Source: a virus (taxonomy: Duplodnaviria; Caudoviricetes). Taken from it: a stretch of DNA of 40,078 nt. Positions 37,420 through 40,078 of the stretch are shown here, one piece after another. How positions within the stretch are numbered: the first letter of the stretch is position 1; every line of letters starts with the position of its first letter. The stretch lies in IMG/VR virus record IMGVR_UViG_3300010398_000007, positions 1 to 40,078 of that record; one strand, 5' to 3'. The position numbers and the translations under genes were made by a program. The notes under the pieces were generated by a model. That model was not told the origin of the DNA. It searched no databases and saw only the letters and a list, made by a program, of their open reading frames with translations.

Positions 37420-37722
37420 CTAAATGATGTCCTCCTCGTCACCGTCGTTGTCGGTCTCGTCGGTCTCCACGATCAACGGCGTCTCCTCAGTCTCCGGCGC
37501 CGTGTCCCACGCGAGTTTCACCACAATCTGCGCCCCGGCCGCCGCAATGGTGTAGTGCCGGTCGACCCGCGCCGCGAATGACTGGAGCGCCGCGCGCACT
37601 CGCTTTAAATCCGCCATCGGGAATCGAAGCTCGTCGTGCCGCGTGACCAGTTTCCCGAATCCGTAGCGGCTGTTGACCTTATAACGACCGAATCCGATTG
37701 TTGTGACACGTTTTGTGTTCAT
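37420..37722 (-). CDS. Hypothetical protein with acidic tail
   Basis: 100 aa, GAGG RBS. Confidence 0.6.
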   Translation of the reverse strand: MNTKRVTTIGFGRYKVNSRYGFGKLVTRHDELRFPMADLKRVRAALQSFAARVDRHYTIAAAGAQIVVKLAWDTAPETEETPLIVETDETDNDGDEEDII

Positions 37723-38043
37723 GTTATAGCCCTCGTGTGTGAATTTTCGTGTGTGGATTGTAAAATGAGCGTATTTAATAACCCTAATGAATATAACCCA
37801 GACTAATATAACCCTCTATGACCTGCCACGTTAGCTCAGCTCGCGATAAGCCATAGAATATCACAGCTCAGAGAGGGTCCAAGTAGAAATCAGATTGGTT
37901 ACAATTACAAGATTAGAGAGTCAATTCATTGTTATTACTAGTGTTATTTAGGTAACTAAAGAGTAAAAAGCAAAGAAAAATTTTTATAAAATCGTATAAG
38001 TGTTGGAGGGGACTTTTTACAGTTACATAGAAACAATCAACGA

Positions 38044-38056
38044 TATCAATGACTTA
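38044..38056 (+). promoter_or_regulatory. IHF-binding consensus
   Basis: TATCAA-TGAC-TTA matches WATCAANNNNTTR; flanked by the inverted repeat CAGTTACA / TGTAACTG. Confidence 0.55.
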
Positions 38057-38229
38057 GGTTGTAACTGAGTGTTTTTAAGCGTTTTGGCACGACACATGCA
38101 TATGTCTGATTCTTACCAATCGGTTGTTTTTACGCCACAAATGGTTTGACATAATATAAAGCGCTAGGTCCTATTGGGGACTATCAATGTCCAAGTGACT
38201 GTTTTTATTAGTATTTCCACAATCCTATT

Positions 38230-38257
38230 CCTTAACATAATAGTGATTATGCGAAGT
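38230..38257 (-). other. dif-like XerC/XerD recombination site
   Basis: - strand ACTTCGCATAA-TCACTA-TTATGTTAAGG: 11-6-11 layout, 20/28 identical to E. coli dif by manual comparison. Confidence 0.75.
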
Positions 38258-38555
38258 ACGACGGCTAGGATCGGTCGAATCGGTACGGGTCGGGTTTTGG
38301 GAATGGACACGCGCTCGGCGGCAGCGTGGGAGTCACCCCTCCTGCCCCCCAAAAGTTTATTTACGCGTCCTATTCTTTGCAGTTATTCTTATTTTCCTAT
38401 GCGCACTCCTCCCCCTCCTTGGGCTTCTGTCCCTGTCGTTGACGCACGCTCCGCCTACGATGCCGATACCGTCGTAGACATACTCTTTTTTATGACGACT
38501 GCTGAGTACGAGGAGTGGGTGGCTTCACCTGACCAACCTCGTCGTACACCTACAC

Positions 38556-40078
38556 ATGGCATCCTTCCCGCTCGATAAATTCCACGCCTTCTGTCGCGAG
38601 TTGACCATCGACAGTAAGGAAGAGGGGATGCGGAGGCTCTGGCCCATGCTTGGGACGCAGACGAGGTTCGTGAACGCCATCCGCGAGGGTTTTGAGCGCG
38701 ACATCCACTGGTTTGTGGTGTTGAAGGCGAGGCAGATCGGGATCTCGACTGTGAGTCAGGCACTCGATTTATTCTGGCCCGTGCAAGTCGAGGGACTCTC
38801 CGGCGCCGTCGTCGTGCACGAGGACCCGGCGCGCGAGGCATTCCGTGCTCAGTTCGATCTCTTCATTGACAAACTTCCGAAGCGCTGGCGACCACCTGTC
38901 ATCGCGCACAATCGCTATCAGATGGTGTTTGCGCAAGGGAGCCGCTTGCAATACGCGGTGGCGGGGACGAAGAAAAAAGGGGGAGCGTTAGGGAAGAGTA
39001 AGGCGCTCGTGTATTTGCACGCGACCGAGGTGTCGGCTTGGGGCGATCGGGAAGGGGTGGCGTCACTCAAGGCCACGCTGGCTGAATCGAACCCCAACCG
39101 GTTGTATATCTGGGAGAGTCCACTAGCACTTGACACCCCGGTAGCCACTCCTTCTGGATGGTCGACGATAGGTGGAATTAAAAAAGGCGATATGGTTTTC
39201 TCGGCCGATGGAGCTCCGTGTAAGGTTGTCGGCGAGAGTCCGATTTTCATTGGGAGAAAGTGTTTCGAGATTAAGTTTTCGAACGGAGAAACCATCCGGG
39301 CCGACTCTGAGCATAAGTGGCAGGTTGAGGTTGCGCGTTGGAAAAATAATCCGCAATGGAAAACAGCAATGGTCAAGACGGAGGAACTCGATACAAAAAA
39401 GCACCGAGTCCTGGTTAACGAAGCAATCCAAGCTCCGGACATCGAACTCCCGATCGATCCATATCTATTAGGAGTTTGGCTTGGTGATGGGCGCACTGAC
39501 TCGCCGTCGATTTGCGCAGGTGATGCGGACATCGAGGAGTTAAGAGGGCTTCTTAAACGCCGCGGCTGTCAGCTTGGTCCGATTGGAAAATATGGCTGGA
39601 GAGTTGGAAAATTTACGGTGCTTGGTGTTCGCTCGATATTCTCTAAGCTAGGATTATTGGGAAGAAAGCACATTCCAAAAATGTATCTTCGATCGTCAGA
39701 ACGGCAACGTCGCCAGTTGCTCGCGGGATTGATGGACACCGATGGGCACATCTCGTCTGATAACTTCAGGGCCGAGTATTGCTCCGTTCTTCCTGAATTG
39801 GTCGATGGAGTGGCGGAGTTGTTGTCGTCGTTAGGGATCAAGTTCACCAGAGGCGTATTGTCTGTGGAGGGGAAGGTCAGGGAATTTCCATCGGGTCGAT
39901 CGTATGCGTGCAGGAGATCTGAACGCTTGAGGTTTTGCGAGGACCCGAAGAAGACAGTCTTCAACCTTGGGCGCAAAGCAGACATTCACGCTGCCGATAG
40001 GGTTTACACGTGGAGAAAATCTCGTTTTTTAAAGGTAGTGTCTGTAACTCAGGTCGCTTCTGTTCCGACAAAATGTAT
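38556..40078 (+). CDS. terL: Terminase large subunit, 5' part (ATPase N-extein plus most of the intein); runs across the contig end
   Basis: Manually translated open frame MASFPLDKF...; Walker A VLKARQIGIST, Walker B-like VYLHATEVSAW, coupling motif IWES|T. Precursor 950 aa, spliced about 610 aa. Confidence 0.93.
   Translation, partial: MASFPLDKFHAFCRELTIDSKEEGMRRLWPMLGTQTRFVNAIREGFERDIHWFVVLKARQIGISTVSQALDLFWPVQVEGLSGAVVVHEDPAREAFRAQFDLFIDKLPKRWRPPVIAHNRYQMVFAQGSRLQYAVAGTKKKGGALGKSKALVYLHATEVSAWGDREGVASLKATLAESNPNRLYIWESPLALDTPVATPSGWSTIGGIKKGDMVFSADGAPCKVVGESPIFIGRKCFEIKFSNGETIRADSEHKWQVEVARWKNNPQWKTAMVKTEELDTKKHRVLVNEAIQAPDIELPIDPYLLGVWLGDGRTDSPSICAGDADIEELRGLLKRRGCQLGPIGKYGWRVGKFTVLGVRSIFSKLGLLGRKHIPKMYLRSSERQRRQLLAGLMDTDGHISSDNFRAEYCSVLPELVDGVAELLSSLGIKFTRGVLSVEGKVREFPSGRSYACRRSERLRFCEDPKKTVFNLGRKADIHAADRVYTWRKSRFLKVVSVTQVASVPTKC
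39120..40078 (+). mobile_element. Class 3 intein with LAGLIDADG homing endonuclease (continues to position 184; 340 aa)
   Basis: Block A PLALDTPVATPSGW, block B TIRADSEHKW, LAGLIDADG motifs PYLLGVWLGDG and LLAGLMDTDG, block F PTKCIAV, block G IPTHN/T. Confidence 0.92.
39956..40078. repeat. Second copy of the terminal direct repeat
   Basis: Identical to 1-123. Confidence 0.97.

Noticed and set aside
38174-38578. 134-aa ORF across the dif-like region
   Set aside because: TTG start without RBS, atypical composition, and it overlaps DNA sites; probably non-coding.
39117-39119. Ser as intein residue 1 (class 1 intein)
   Set aside because: Block A register (x-L-A-L-D-T-P) puts Pro at position 1, the Ser completes the extein EST motif, and the class 3 WCT residues are present.
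1-40078. Stop-codon reassignment
   Set aside because: Core genes translate at full length in the standard code, with TAA, TAG and TGA all used as stops.

Overview
The window is a complete, circularly assembled tailed-phage genome of about 39,955 bp; bases 39956-40078 exactly repeat bases 1-123. The gene set is podovirus-like and the host is probably a proteobacterium (inferred from sigma70 promoters, an IHF consensus site and a XerCD dif-like site). On the + strand a morphogenesis block runs from a large terminase that wraps the contig end (38556-40078 joined to 1-1453). The terminase carries a Pro-initiated class 3 intein with a LAGLIDADG endonuclease. The block continues through portal, scaffold-like protein, major capsid, adaptor, nozzle, tail fibre plus lipoprotein, three internal/ejection proteins, an SGNH esterase virion protein, and a lysis region with an M15-type peptidase and holin-like genes. 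After it come a - strand recombination pair (Sak4-like ATPase, PD-(D/E)XK exonuclease) and a + strand replication block (SF2 helicase, VRR-NUC nuclease, VapE-like NTPase). Two - strand arrays of small early genes flank a single XRE HTH gene. An AT-rich non-coding region (37723-38398) holds an IHF site, an inverted repeat and a dif-like site. No integrase, DNA polymerase, small terminase, tRNA or CRISPR array was recognised. The most notable observations are: a dif-like Xer site in an integrase-less tailed phage; the class 3 terminase intein; a 14-aa protamine-like ORF between portal and a terminator; repeated start-associated leaders in front of early genes; and a recurring 17-bp operator-like palindrome at three promoters. 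All functional calls come from motif reading and gene order, with no database searches.
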